A stretch of DNA of 45,847 bases. Source: Pelomyxa schiedti (taxonomy: Eukaryota > Protista > Evosea). The stretch is from positions 1 through 45,847 of the forward strand of contig JAHLWZ010000021.1 of NCBI GenBank assembly GCA_020536535.1. Direction: 5' to 3'. This document shows, piece by piece, positions 10,138 to 21,899 of the stretch. How positions within the stretch are numbered: the first letter of the stretch is position 1; each line of letters starts with the position of its first letter. The translations under genes were made by a program, and so were the position numbers. The notes under the pieces were generated by a model. It searched no databases and was not told where the DNA came from. It worked only from the letters and a program-made list of their open reading frames with translations.

Positions 10138-11523
10138 CTATGCTTTTGACGGCAAAGCCCAAACACCATCAAGGCCCTGCATTTGTGGGAGTGGAAGGAG
10201 CAGAACAGTAAAACCAGAGGAGGCCTCAATCACCTTCAATTGGTGTCCATCAGCAGTGAAAATGAACCCTGACTCGGCTGCGGCAACACAAACTCCGAAA
10301 TTTGCCTGCACACCAGGCACACACATCACCAGTGCTGTTGTGCCACCACTGCAATCCCACATTTTGCAAAGGGAGTCACCACAATCAAAGCGGACACAGA
10401 ACCGTGAGTCACTCACACGATACAGGCTGCGTGGCCTCGAACATCCTTCAATCAACAGCGTAGTTACACCAGCTTCATTCACTTCCACAATTTCTGGAAG
10501 ATTACGCCGGCGTTCCGTCACATCTGGCTTTCCATGCACAATGAAACAGTGGCACCCACCAATTCTCTTCATTGACAGTGCTTCAGCCACCACATAGCCT
10601 GGTGGAAAAACGGCCCTCGTTTCACTCACAATCACCAGGCTCTTGGATTTGTGGGAACTCTCCACATCAAACAAAATGAACCTGGCTGCAGTGCTGCCAT
10701 AATTCTTTGTCACCACAGCCAGCGTTTCACTTGAATCATTTCTCGAAAATGACAGCACATCCACCTCGTTCTCATCAACATTGAACTCCCCAGAGATCGG
10801 AACCACAACCCTGGAATTCCGAGGCTCAACTTCAACGAGGCTCATGATGACAACACCAACCATTCCCCCACACCTCTCCCTCACCAGGGATTCATCATCA
10901 CCTTCGGGTTCCTCGCACTCCACAACGCCCGCCACGAACCACTTCCAGTTCACATCGCACGCTCCCGGCGAGTTCCTCGCCTTCCACAGAACCACCTCGG
11001 TCTTCTTGCTCGCCGTTGCCCCGCGCCTTCCCCCGCGCCCCTCCTCGCTGCAGCCACTGGCGCAGTCGTGCGCCAGCCACTTGAACCCACCGCAGCCCCT
11101 GTAATGCCAGTCCACCATGTCCACCCACCGAGTGGGACTCACCCACCACGTCCTAACCACCCCCGCTGCCCCCATGCTGCCCCGCTCGTGCCCCCCGGGA
11201 TCCCTCGTGAGCGCCAGCAGCACCGGCGACACCGAGAACGCGTGCGGCCGGCTGTTGGGGGGTCTGAACGCCTCGCCGAGCACGAAGTTTGTGGCGGTCT
11301 CGGTGACGAAGGACCACAGGAGCCTGGGGACGAGGGAGCCGCCGTGTGCGAGTGCGTCGGCGGCGAGCGGGGCCAGCCGGGAGCCGCAGCGTGGGTGGGC
11401 GCCGAGAAGAAGCGCCAACAGTTGATCCTTGGCTCGAATCCACGCAGCACCACCACCACATCCCAACGTGGATGGTGATGCAGGGATCGACGGCCGGCCA
11501 GTGTTGTTGGTGCCTGAGAACAT
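10138..11523 (-). CDS. ARxQ..RCG family protein (copy F), 461 aa
   Basis: Complete ORF; C-terminal third almost identical to copy D. Confidence 0.88.
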   Translation of the reverse strand: MFSGTNNTGRPSIPASPSTLGCGGGAAWIRAKDQLLALLLGAHPRCGSRLAPLAADALAHGGSLVPRLLWSFVTETATNFVLGEAFRPPNSRPHAFSVSPVLLALTRDPGGHERGSMGAAGVVRTWWVSPTRWVDMVDWHYRGCGGFKWLAHDCASGCSEEGRGGRRGATASKKTEVVLWKARNSPGACDVNWKWFVAGVVECEEPEGDDESLVRERCGGMVGVVIMSLVEVEPRNSRVVVPISGEFNVDENEVDVLSFSRNDSSETLAVVTKNYGSTAARFILFDVESSHKSKSLVIVSETRAVFPPGYVVAEALSMKRIGGCHCFIVHGKPDVTERRRNLPEIVEVNEAGVTTLLIEGCSRPRSLYRVSDSRFCVRFDCGDSLCKMWDCSGGTTALVMCVPGVQANFGVCVAAAESGFIFTADGHQLKVIEASSGFTVLLLPLPQMQGLDGVWALPSKA

Positions 11524-11829
11524 ATTGATCTTTTTACTTTCCTGAGATTGATGTTTGGCAAAAACCTTGATCCCGGTTTTATTTTTTCCAAGAGGCCGGA
11601 AAGAACAGGTTCAAAGAACACGGCTTTCATCAAGGGAGGGGTTGGCACCAACAGGCATAACCAAGAAAAGGGGAAATTTTTTTTTTTAATTGGTTCACTG
11701 GTGAGTTACAACAATCTAAAGGGTGATGCCTTCCTCTGTGGGACTTATTCTCAAGCCCACAGAAGCTAACAACGCTCTTTGCCTGCCTTAAGTAATTACC
11801 TCTCAAGTAAAAAGTAATTTTTCCTCTCA

Positions 11830-13394
11830 TCATGGCAAAGTGGAAACACCATCGAGGCTGAGAATTTCAGGAAGAGCAAGGCACAGGACCACAACACCAG
11901 AGGATGCATCAATGACTTTCAGTTGGTGTTCCTCTACTGTGAAAATGAACCCTGACTNNNNNNNNNNNNNNNNNNNNNNNNNNNNNNNNNNNNNNNNNNN
12001 NNNNNNNNNNNNNNNNNNNNNNNNNNNNNNNNNNNNNNNNNNNNNNNNNNNNNNNNNAAAGTGGAAACACCATCGAGGCTGAGAATTTCAGGAAGAGCAA
12101 GGCACAGGACCACAACACCAGAGGATGCATCAATGACTTTCAGTTGGTGTTCCTCTACTGTGAAAATGAACCCTGACTCTGCTGTGGCAGCACAATAGTT
12201 GTATGGGGCCAGAACGCGTTTGTAAGGCACACTCAACACCATTGATGACACTGCACCACTGCAATCCCAGATTTGGTAAATGAATTCGCCAGGTCTGAAA
12301 CAGACACAGAACTGTGAGTCCCTCACACTATGCAGGCTGTGTATACCTTGGTGCCCACAGATCAAAACCCTCATGTGGCCAGTTGTTTCCTCCACCTCAA
12401 TGATTTGAGGGATAGATGGGCAACGTTCACCCCTTCCCCTTGAATGCCGCACGCTAAACACAATGAAACAGTGTGCTCCACACTTTCTCTTCAGTGGAAG
12501 CACTGAAACCAACGTTGCAGAGGGGCTTAAAGTGGACCTTGTCTCACTCACAATGACCAGGCTCTTGGAGTTGTATGAACTCTCAACATCAAACAATATA
12601 AACCTGGTCTCAGTATCATCATTCTTCCTCGATACCACAGCAATCATCTCATTAGAATTGGACTTTGTAAATGACAGCAGAGCCACAACGTAATCGGCAG
12701 CACGGCACTCACCAGAGATCGGAACCACGACCCTGCCAGGATCGGGCTGGGCAGCAGCATCCCCCGTCACGCTCATGATCACAACACCAACCATTCCCCC
12801 GCACATATCCCTCACCATCGCGTCGCCATCGCCGCTCTCGCCATCGGCCTCAGCCGCACTGCCAACAAACCACCTCCAGTTCACGGCAGCAGGCCCCCCA
12901 TTCCTCCACGCTGCGGCCTTGGCTTTCCACAGCACCCGTTCCGTAGTTTCCCCACTCCCACCACAACCGCCACCACCGCCACCACCACAGTCATACATCT
13001 TGATCGCGAAGTTCAACGAGAGGGCGCCGCCGAACGAGAAGGTGCGGTCCACCCACCGAGTGGGGCTCACCCACCACGTCCTGGCGCACGCCTCCGCCGC
13101 CGCGGCTGCTGCCCCCTGCGCGTGGGGCCTGGGCGCCCCCGTCAGGCCCAGCAGCGCGGGCGACACCGAGAACGCGTGCGGCCTGGCGTGGCACAGTCCC
13201 ACCGGCCCGAACACCTCCCCGAAGACGAAGTTGGTGGCGGTCTCGGTGACGAAGGACCAGAGGAGCCTGGCGACGAGGTAGCCGTCGGCCATTAGGGCGA
13301 CCCTGGCTGCTGGGGCCAGTAGTGACCCGCATCGTGGGTGTCCCGCTAAAAGAAATGTGGCTATTTGATCCCGAGCGCGAAGACTATATGACAT
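11830..13394 (-). CDS. ARxQ..RCG family protein (copy G); spans an artefactual gap
   Basis: MSYSLRARDQIATFLLAGHPRCGS...; C-terminus LDGVSTLP* with TGA at 11830-11832; 11837-11957 is an exact copy of 12058-12178 across the N-gap. Confidence 0.82.
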
Positions 13395-13604
13395 TTTAGC
13401 TTGTTGTACAAATACCGAGAACTTGATGCCTGGTCAATCAAAGTGCCTTGTTTCCACTTCCAGAGGAGCAAGGCTACGAGGTGGCAGCCTGCGACTAGGG
13501 TGACCCTGGTGTTTGCTGCCAGTAGTGAACCGCACCACTCAGGATCTCCAGCGGGTCTTCTGAGAAATGAAAACCTTGAACAGTGCAAGAACAAAAACCA
13601 AAAG

Positions 13605-16600
13605 ATGCCGCATGGGCAATACAACTGTTTGGTAGTAGGGACCGAGTCCCTGGTCGACGAGTTCTTCATGACTCTGGTGCGGGCCGGGATCGCCAAAACG
13701 GCCAAGATGAGTGCGGGGGCGGCGCCTGCCATCCACGTCAGGACAGGCCAGTCGACCCCGGCCAGGCCCGAGGACCCCAGATTCGTCACGTTGGCCCATT
13801 TCGCGGACAAGGTCGTGGTATTCTGCGAACCGACTAGACCAAGTGGTCCAAGTACTCCTGCTTCTTATTTCTTATTTCCATTGTAATATAATGGAATTGG
13901 AAGTATTATAATTATATATAATTAATTAATGCATCAATACTTTGGTAACAAACAACACCAACATTTGTTTTGAACGCATAACCCTAACTTCATTATGAAT
14001 AGTAAATTATAATATATTTGGAATAAGCTTCACCCCAGCACAGGAATGAGGTATGCCTTCTACCGCTGCTGCAGAGGTGATAATATCCTCCGTCCCAGAC
14101 TTCACTCCACGTGTGTTTCATGCACTTTGTCCAACCACAACAATTGTAAATTCCTTCACAGATCCTCAGGAGGAGGAGGATATAAATGCATATGTGCTGT
14201 TCTGCACACGGTTGAGGACAGATTGTCCTTCAAGGCAATACCTGAGACACTCCACAAGGTGCTGGAAACCTATTCATCCCAAAATATCAGTGGGGACACA
14301 GTGATGTCGGATTCAGCTTTGATTATGGTTGACTGCACGGACTCCAGCATGTCAGTAGCAGACAGAACCGTAACAGTGCACACACTGCAAGCCATTGAAA
14401 TGGCCTTTACCGTGTGCACCCCTTTTTTTTTGGGAAAAAATTTGAGTGACTCACTTAAGCACAGTTTTGTGCCTTCAAATTGCTCAAGTGGGAGTTGCCA
14501 AAGCCAAAAACAACTCTGGACACACTTATATCACTGCTCACAGAGGCCTCTAGTCAGTCAATTTCTTTTTCCGAACCCCGTGGACCATTTTATGTGGGTG
14601 ACTGGGACCTGGGAGAGCCAATGGAGGTTCACATACCCCCAGTGTTCGAAATTGCATGTGCTGACGCCAAAACAGCGCACACGATAATGCAGATGGTACA
14701 TGACTTCCGGCCCCATCTTCCATTCTTCACTACAACAATGGCACTGACGACGTGGGTGAAGGCAAAGAACTGGGCTGCCGTTGGTGTTGTGTACCTTGCT
14801 CGCTCTATTTCTCAGTTTGAAGACTTCAGCCTTCCACTCCTGGAAATGGATTCAGTGGCAGCTCCTGATGATGCAAGGGCTTTGCTGTGCCATTGGATGG
14901 CTGAAATTCCCAATGCAAAATGGGGTTGTAATGGAGTATCTAGTGGAGTGAAGCAGGATCCTGAACCAGGATACCAGCAGGTGAAAAATGCACACAAACT
15001 TGTGATTGTTGGTGACAGTGGTGCTGGGAAGACAACACTTCTGAGGTGCATGATGGAGAGGAAGAGGAAGATGACCACAAAGCACATTCCAACAGGGTTG
15101 GCTGTGCATCATGACGTGAGGTTCAGAAGCAAAGTACATTGGACTGTGTGGGACCTTGGTGCGTGCTTTAAGCTTCTTTTTCCTCCCTTTCAACTTATTT
15201 TGAACAGGAGGGGATTCATTGTCACCATTTCACCCATGGTTTCTCCTCAGCAGATCAATATTCATCATTGTATTTGATCTTTTTGAGGCACTAAAGGGAG
15301 GTTCCGCACAGAAGGCCAGAGTTTCTCGTTGGTTGAATGAAATTACTGTTGGAAGAAGTATGGGTGACAAGACAACAAGACGGATCATCCCTGTGGGAAC
15401 TCACATGGAGAGCGTTGTCGACAGTGGCAACTTTGTGTCTCTTATGAAGCCACTTTTTGTGCATGAAAACATCCATGAAGCCTTCTTGATAGAGCTAAGT
15501 GATGGAACCGGATGCATGTATTCCCCAGCCAGAGGAAGAACTTCCATCAAACCAGAGAGCAAAGTAATGGACCTCTTGGTCTCCCTTATTGAAGATGAGT
15601 GTAGGGACGATGGAACACATTATGTTCCCTCAAGTTGGATTGTTCTCAACAAATACCTCAGAAACATGAAGGAGGGAACCAGTTCACTGAGGTGGACTAA
15701 GTTTGTTGCACTTGGCACTAAGTGTGGAGTTTCGGGAAGAAGAGGTGAAATTGAAGAGTGTGCATACTTCTTGGCATCGATTGGTACCATCATCCACTTC
15801 AGGTATCCTTTTTGGGTACAACACACTGGTTCCACACATGGTCTCTCAGACTTGGTGATTCTGGAACCATACTCCTTTCTGAATCGTCTCATTGCAGACG
15901 CATGTAAAGAGTGTTCTGCTGAACACTCTACCTCGACGTTACTGACCTCAACACCAACACCAAGAGTGGCTCTTTCGTACATTCTTGAGGAGTTCTGTGG
16001 CATCAACACTCTCCTTTCCAGTTCCAATTCCTTTAGCCCAGAGCAGCAAAGCCTTTCACTGTTCCCCTTATCCCACACCACGAGCTCTTGGGGAGAATTA
16101 AAGCGTACTGAGCATGTACTGAAATCACAAGGAGCAACAACCTCCAGTAATGTTACAATGAATGGGAGGTTAATCAAGTTCCCACTGTTCCCCCAAGAGC
16201 TATTCTTCAAAGCAATTTCAAGGGCATTAAGCTGTGTGAGTATGCTCTCTGGTTGGAGGACTGAGTTCTGCTGGAGGGATACATTTATACTTTCAAATTC
16301 TTGCACACATGACGGGAAAACGCAGGAGGGAATAACCTTGGTCATGACTTGCCAAGACGACAGAGTTGCCATTTGCATGCGGTCAGAATGCAGTGAACAC
16401 TGGGCACTGGCAAAACAATGGAGTCTATGGGCTGGCCTTGTGGGCACCCTCTACCACTTCAGCTGGGTTAACCTTTCTCGATTTGAGGAAGATTCGTTCT
16501 TTGAATGGTTTGACAACTCTGAAGAAACCTTTCCTTGTCCTCATTGCCTGCTGCAAGCCAGGAATGCAACACACTGGTTCGACCCTGCTGACAAGCCAGT

Positions 16601-17981
16601 TGCATTGCCGTTCTCTTCCAGCTGCACTTATTTCCTCAGAGGAGATGTCGTTGATGCTCATAAGAAAGGAGTCCAGCTGACCTGTAAGAACGTAGGAACT
16701 TTTCAAGTTGATGTGGCACTGGTTGCCCCTGATCTTGTCTCTCACTCAGATACAGTGTACATACCTGCCACCTTGCCAACCACAACGACCCCCCCTCCTT
16801 CCATTGAAGCCTTGCGCCCAGATGTTAGCAATAAACCGACTTTGGGAGATCTGCTGGCCCGGCTCATTCAGGAAGGGAATGGGACTACATCCGCACTTGA
16901 CCAAGTGGTTTCAATCAGCTTAAGAATGAAGATACTACGCGATGTGGCACAGGGACTCTCCACCTGTCACAGCTTGAAGCCTCCCATAGTCCAGTACAAA
17001 CTCTCTCCAGGTNNNNNNNNNNNNNNNNNNNNNNNNNNNNNNNNNNNNNNNNNNNNNNNNNNNNNNNNNNNNNNNNNNNNNNNNNNNNNNNNNNNNNNNN
17101 NNNNNNNNNNNNCGCACTTGACCAAGTGGTTTCAATCAGCTTAAGAATGAAGATACTACGCGATGTGGCACAGGGACTCTCCACCTGTCACAGCTTGAAG
17201 CCTCCCATAGTCCAGTACAAACTCTCTCCAGGTCGAAAGTCGTTTCCCCAACAACAAAAGTTGACACCCACTTATTACAACAGCTGCTATTATTGTTCTC
17301 TCTCTTGATGATTCTGGAGCTGGGCCTTGGGCAATGGTGTGTTGACAGAATCTTTTTTTTTCTTTTCCCTCAAATACGATTCAGATCAGGGAGACTGATG
17401 GACATTGTCCCCTATTCTCTGATTGTTCAATCATTCCGGCACAAAGGAATATTCCCCCGGATGAAATAGAATTCCTCGCACCCGAGATACTTTCCCACTG
17501 GGTTTTTGACACAAAAGCGGATGTTTGGAGCTTCGGTAAGGTCATGTTGCGTAATTCAATTGACTTGATTCCAGGGATTACCGCGTCGCTGCTATTGGAT
17601 CCACTCAATAAACCATACACTCACATAGCAACAGACAAAAAGTACCTGGCAACAGATTACTCCAGCCAGGGACTGGTATCCCAAAACGAACCTCAGCTTC
17701 ACCCCATGTCTATTGGAAGGGCACTTCTCTACGGCAACCTTAAACCATTCCCCTCTCTAACCGGCAAACAAAAACAAACAACTACAAGTGTAGAAGCGAC
17801 CGGCAATGGCGATAGTACAAGCAACATCAACAACAGGGACCAACAACAGATATACCTTGAGTTGGGAAACCAGATAACTAGTATTTGCCTGGAGCCCAAC
17901 CCGGACACCAGGCCCTCAATTGAAGCAGTCATTAAAATCTGGGACTATTTCGTACCAAAAGGTATCTATCCAACAAAATAA
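13605..17981 (+). CDS. Spliced Roco-family protein (Roc GTPase-COR-degenerate kinase); boundaries approximate
   Basis: Roc: KLVIVGDSGAGKTT, WDLG|G (intron 15159-15207), HPWFL-RSIFIIVFD, VGTH. COR: VPSSW, FLASIGTIIHF, LSDLVILEP, CPHC, VALVAPDL. Kinase C-lobe: LRMKILRDVAQGL, FLAPEIL, KADVWSFG, PDTRPS. Joining the 13605 and ~14046 exons is inferred. Confidence 0.8.
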
Positions 17982-18448
17982 CGCGCATCTAAAATCCGGT
18001 AAGGAGTTCAGACTACCGACCCATGACCAGTACCCACAGCCCGCGACCCACAGCACTGTAACCAAGTGTCATCAAAAAAAATCGGTTCTTTACCATAATT
18101 GATGCAATCAGACACCCATAAGTACTATCGGGGGATTTTCTCTGATGTAAAACGAGGGGAAAGTGATCCCAATTCTGCCCCCACCATCGGATGGGACTGA
18201 TTGCTCATAACTTGGTGTAACTCGTATGATACTCCCTCCCAAGGGGAGACACTGATATCCCAAGTTGCGGAAAAGCCTCAAGTTTCTTCAACTGTCAGTC
18301 ATTGGGTCCGACACCCTTTGGGGGCTAACTTTTTTTTTCACTTTCGGTTCATCTTGTGCAAGGAATAGCAAGGGATGCCCTTTTATTAATTGTTATTGAA
18401 TAGGTTTGTTACAGACATTATCAACCTATGGTACTGGCCTTGTGTTTG

Positions 18449-19788
18449 TCAATGTAAAGACCAAAGGCCATCAAGGCCATAGATTGCAGGGAGAGGGAGG
18501 CACAATACCACAACGCCAGAATATGCCTCCATGACCTTGACTTGTTGGTTCCCAACTGTGAAAATGAAGCCTGACTCTGCCACAGCCATACACAAATGGT
18601 TGTTCCGATCAGGAACACTTCGTAGTGGCACTGTGCTGGCATTGCTGCAATCCCATAGTTGGCACAGGCTGTGGCCAGTAGTGAAGCTGACACAAAACAG
18701 TGAGTCACTCACACGGTACACTGCACGTGGCCTCTCTCTTCTATTGACCAGAACACTCGTTTTGGCACTTGAATCCACGATTATGACTTCAGAGACAGGT
18801 GGATGTGCTATCCTAATTCTCCCCATCACAATGAAACATCGTGATCCATTCCTTCTCTTAACTGGCAATACAGAGCCAAGTGCAACCCCCAGTGAGTAAT
18901 TGCAAATAGTCTCACTAACAATCACCAATCTCTTTGACTGGTAAGTTCCCTCAACATCAATCACCAATATCTTGTTCTCAACCAAATCCCCAGGCCCCCT
19001 TGACACCACCACAACCAGTTCATTCAAGCAAGACTTCGAGAACGACATCCACACCACGCAGCTGTCCCTGCAATCACACCCAATGATCGGAACCACCACC
19101 CTGCTGTCCACATCATCGCCATGGTGACTGTCACTCACCTCCAGGCTCACTATCACAACGCCAACCATTCCCCTGCATTCCTCCCTCACTGTGACGTCAT
19201 CGCCGTCATCAACGCCTATCACGAACCACCTCGAGTTCACGGAATTGACGCCGGCGCTCCCCTCGGTCCCCCTTGTCGGCCTCCTGGAGGCCAGGCAGCG
19301 CCTCGCCCCGGCGCCGGCAGGGGGCGAGGAGTCGCACAGCACGCACTGGTGCGCGAGCGGCGGCGGGCCCGTCGGCCGCACCTCCTCCACCCAGCGAGTC
19401 CCGCTCACGAGCTTCACTGTGGCCCCGGGCTTGGCGCCGCCGACGCCGCCGCTCGGGCCCGCATTATGGGGCGCCGGCCCCCTCGTGATGGCGAGCAGCA
19501 CGGGCGACGCCGAGAACGCGTGCAGCCTGCTCCTGGGCCACCCGTCGGGGTTGAACCACTCGCCAAAGACGAAGTTTGTGGCGGTCTCGGTGACGAAGGA
19601 CCACACGAGCTGGGCTACGAGGGGGACGAGGCTGGCTCCTGGGGGGGAAAGTCGGGAGCCGCACCGTGGGTGGGACCCTGTCACGAAGGCGAGCAGTTGG
19701 TCCCTGGCCCGAATTGTCAGTGGGGGATCTGGAACAGCTTCGTGGGTGTTGCTAGGTGTTGTTGTAGGTAGTTGTTCCGTTGTGTGTG
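18449..19788 (-). CDS. Divergent ARxQ..RCG family protein (copy I); no in-frame ATG upstream of the motif
   Basis: IRARDQLLAFVTGSHPRCGS...AESGFIF...LDGLWSLH*; the frame upstream of the motif hits a TGA near 19790, next to the inversion junction. Confidence 0.72.
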
Positions 19789-19800
19789 TAACTCACCACC

Positions 19801-20093
19801 AGTGTGCCTGACAAACGTGACCCCGATGTGCGGAACTATTGTGGTGCAGCAGCCGAGTCAGGGTTCATTTTCACAGTGGAGGAACACCAACTGAAGGTGA
19901 TTGAGGCCTCCTCCGGTGTTGTTGTGCTGTGCCTTACTCTCCCTGAAATTCTCGGCCTTGATGGTGTTTGGGCTTTACCATGAATCCCGAGATTTCTTTC
20001 TTTCCCGTGGTGAATCTTCGTTTCCATTTTTCTAATAACGATCAGACCACCACAATAGTTCCGCACATCGGGGTCACGTTTGTCAGGCACACT
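19801..20093. repeat. Perfect 46-bp inverted repeat (19801-19846 / 20048-20093) enclosing the inverted 3' end of copy J
   Basis: AGTGTGCCTGACAAACGTGACCCCGATGTGCGGAACTATTGTGGTG and its exact reverse complement; + strand 19801-19983 encodes SVPDKRDPDVRNYCGAAAESGFIF...LDGVWALP*. Confidence 0.92.
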
Positions 20094-21233
20094 CCTCACC
20101 ATCAATGTCACAGCACCACTGCAGTCCCAGATTTGGCAAAGGGAATCTCCACCATTGAAGGTGAGACAGAACCGCGAGTCACTCACACGATAAAGACTGC
20201 GTATACTTTCTCTCCCTTCACTCAACACTCTCATGGTGTCAGCTTTTTCCTCCACCTCAATGACTTGGCATGTTGGACGGTAACGTGCTCCCCTTGAGTG
20301 CACCCTGCCAAACACAATGAAACAGTGTGCTCCACTCTTTCTCTTCAGTGGAAGAACTGAAACTAAACCCGTGCGTGCTGCCAAACTGCACGTGGTCTCA
20401 CTCACAATCACCGGACTCTTGGACTTGTACGAGCTCTCAACATCGAGCAAGATCAGCCTGGTCTCGATTGGATCATTCCTCGACACGGTGTCATCATTCT
20501 TCCTCACCACCACAGCAAGAATCTCGCTCGAATTGGACTTGGAAAACGACAGCAGCTTCACATAGTAATCAGCAGCACGGCACTCACCAGAGATCGGAAC
20601 CACGACCCTGCCAGGATCAGGCTGGGCGGCATCATCCCCCGTCACGCTCATGATCACAACACCAACCATTCCCCCGCACATGTCCCTCACCATCGCGTCG
20701 CCATCGCCGCTCTCGCCATCGGCCTCAGCCACACTGGCAACAAACCACCTCCCGTTAACCTCAGGCGCCGCCCCGTCGTATCCCAGGGCCTCCTTCGCTT
20801 TCCACAGCAGCCGCTCTCTGTTCCCCGAGCAGTCATGGAGCCTCACAGTTTGGCCTGCCGCAGGCGAGTACGACGAGTGCCCGCGATCCACCCACCGCGT
20901 GGGGCTCACCCACCACGTCGTAGTAGTTGTAGTAGCAGTGGCACCAGGAGCTGTGCTCGCGGCGGCGGGTCCCCCCTGTGTGTGGGGCCTGGGCGCCCTC
21001 GTGAGCCCCAGCAGCACGGGGGACACCGAGAACGCGGTGCGCTGGCCGCTGGGCGACTCCCAGAACACGAAGTCGGTGGCGGTCTCGGTGACGTAGTACC
21101 AGAGGAGCCTGGGTACGAGGCAGCCGTCGGCCGCGAGGGCCACCCTGGCGCCCGGGGAAAGATGTGCACCGCACCGTGTGTGGACACCGAAAAGCAATGT
21201 GGCTATTTGATCCCTGGCATGAACACACATCAT
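20048..21233 (-). CDS. ARxQ..RCG family protein (copy J); normal C-terminus displaced by the inversion
   Basis: MMCVHARDQIATLLFGVHTRCG...; family similarity ends at RNYCG (20048); closest to copy G. Confidence 0.8.
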
Positions 21234-21899
21234 GATTGACGACGTATGATCGAGTGTTTTACTCCGTACAACACAAAAATCGTTCACGAAAAAATGAAAC
21301 ACGAATCCAGGAATGGGACGACGATCGGTACCAAATGACCCCCGGATCGCGTGTTTCATCGTCGGTCATGAGTACGGCCACGCGTCTCTTCGTGTCTATC
21401 GCGCGGTCGGGCTCGCGTCCATATGTATACATCATGACCAGATGGACTGCCGCACTTTTGGGGATTTTCTATGAGTGCAACAAACTGACATTGTGGGACG
21501 TCACATTAGATTCCGCTATTGACGATGGTACTGAAATAGGTTTTTCGTGTTTGACTGACATTTAAAAACAATTCACCAGGAGAGTCAGTTTCAGAAATGC
21601 AGAAACAAGCGAGGTGAGAACCGCATGACGAACATGTGCATTCGCACCAAGTATTTCAAGTTAACTAAGAAACTTTTGGTTCATCATCATTCTGTCTCTT
21701 GATGAATGCGGAACCGAACCTTGACCTGTGGTGCGTTTCAAATACTTCTTTTTTGCCCCTCTCAAATGAATTTCCAGCTGAAAGAGCCTGACAGAGGGTG
21801 CACACTCTTTGCCATTTCACCGGCACAGATGAATTTCATTGAAGTTCTTTCACATCTTCCATTTGACACAAAGGCCGGTGTGTGGAGCTTTGGTAATGA

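Noticed and set aside
11837-12178. Exact 121-bp direct repeat around a gap
   Set aside because: Same length as the repeat at 16892-17233 and flush with the N-run, so an unmerged contig overlap rather than biology.
16892-17233. Duplicated kinase segment in the Roco gene
   Set aside because: Exact 121-bp overlap on both sides of the 100-N gap; assembly artefact.
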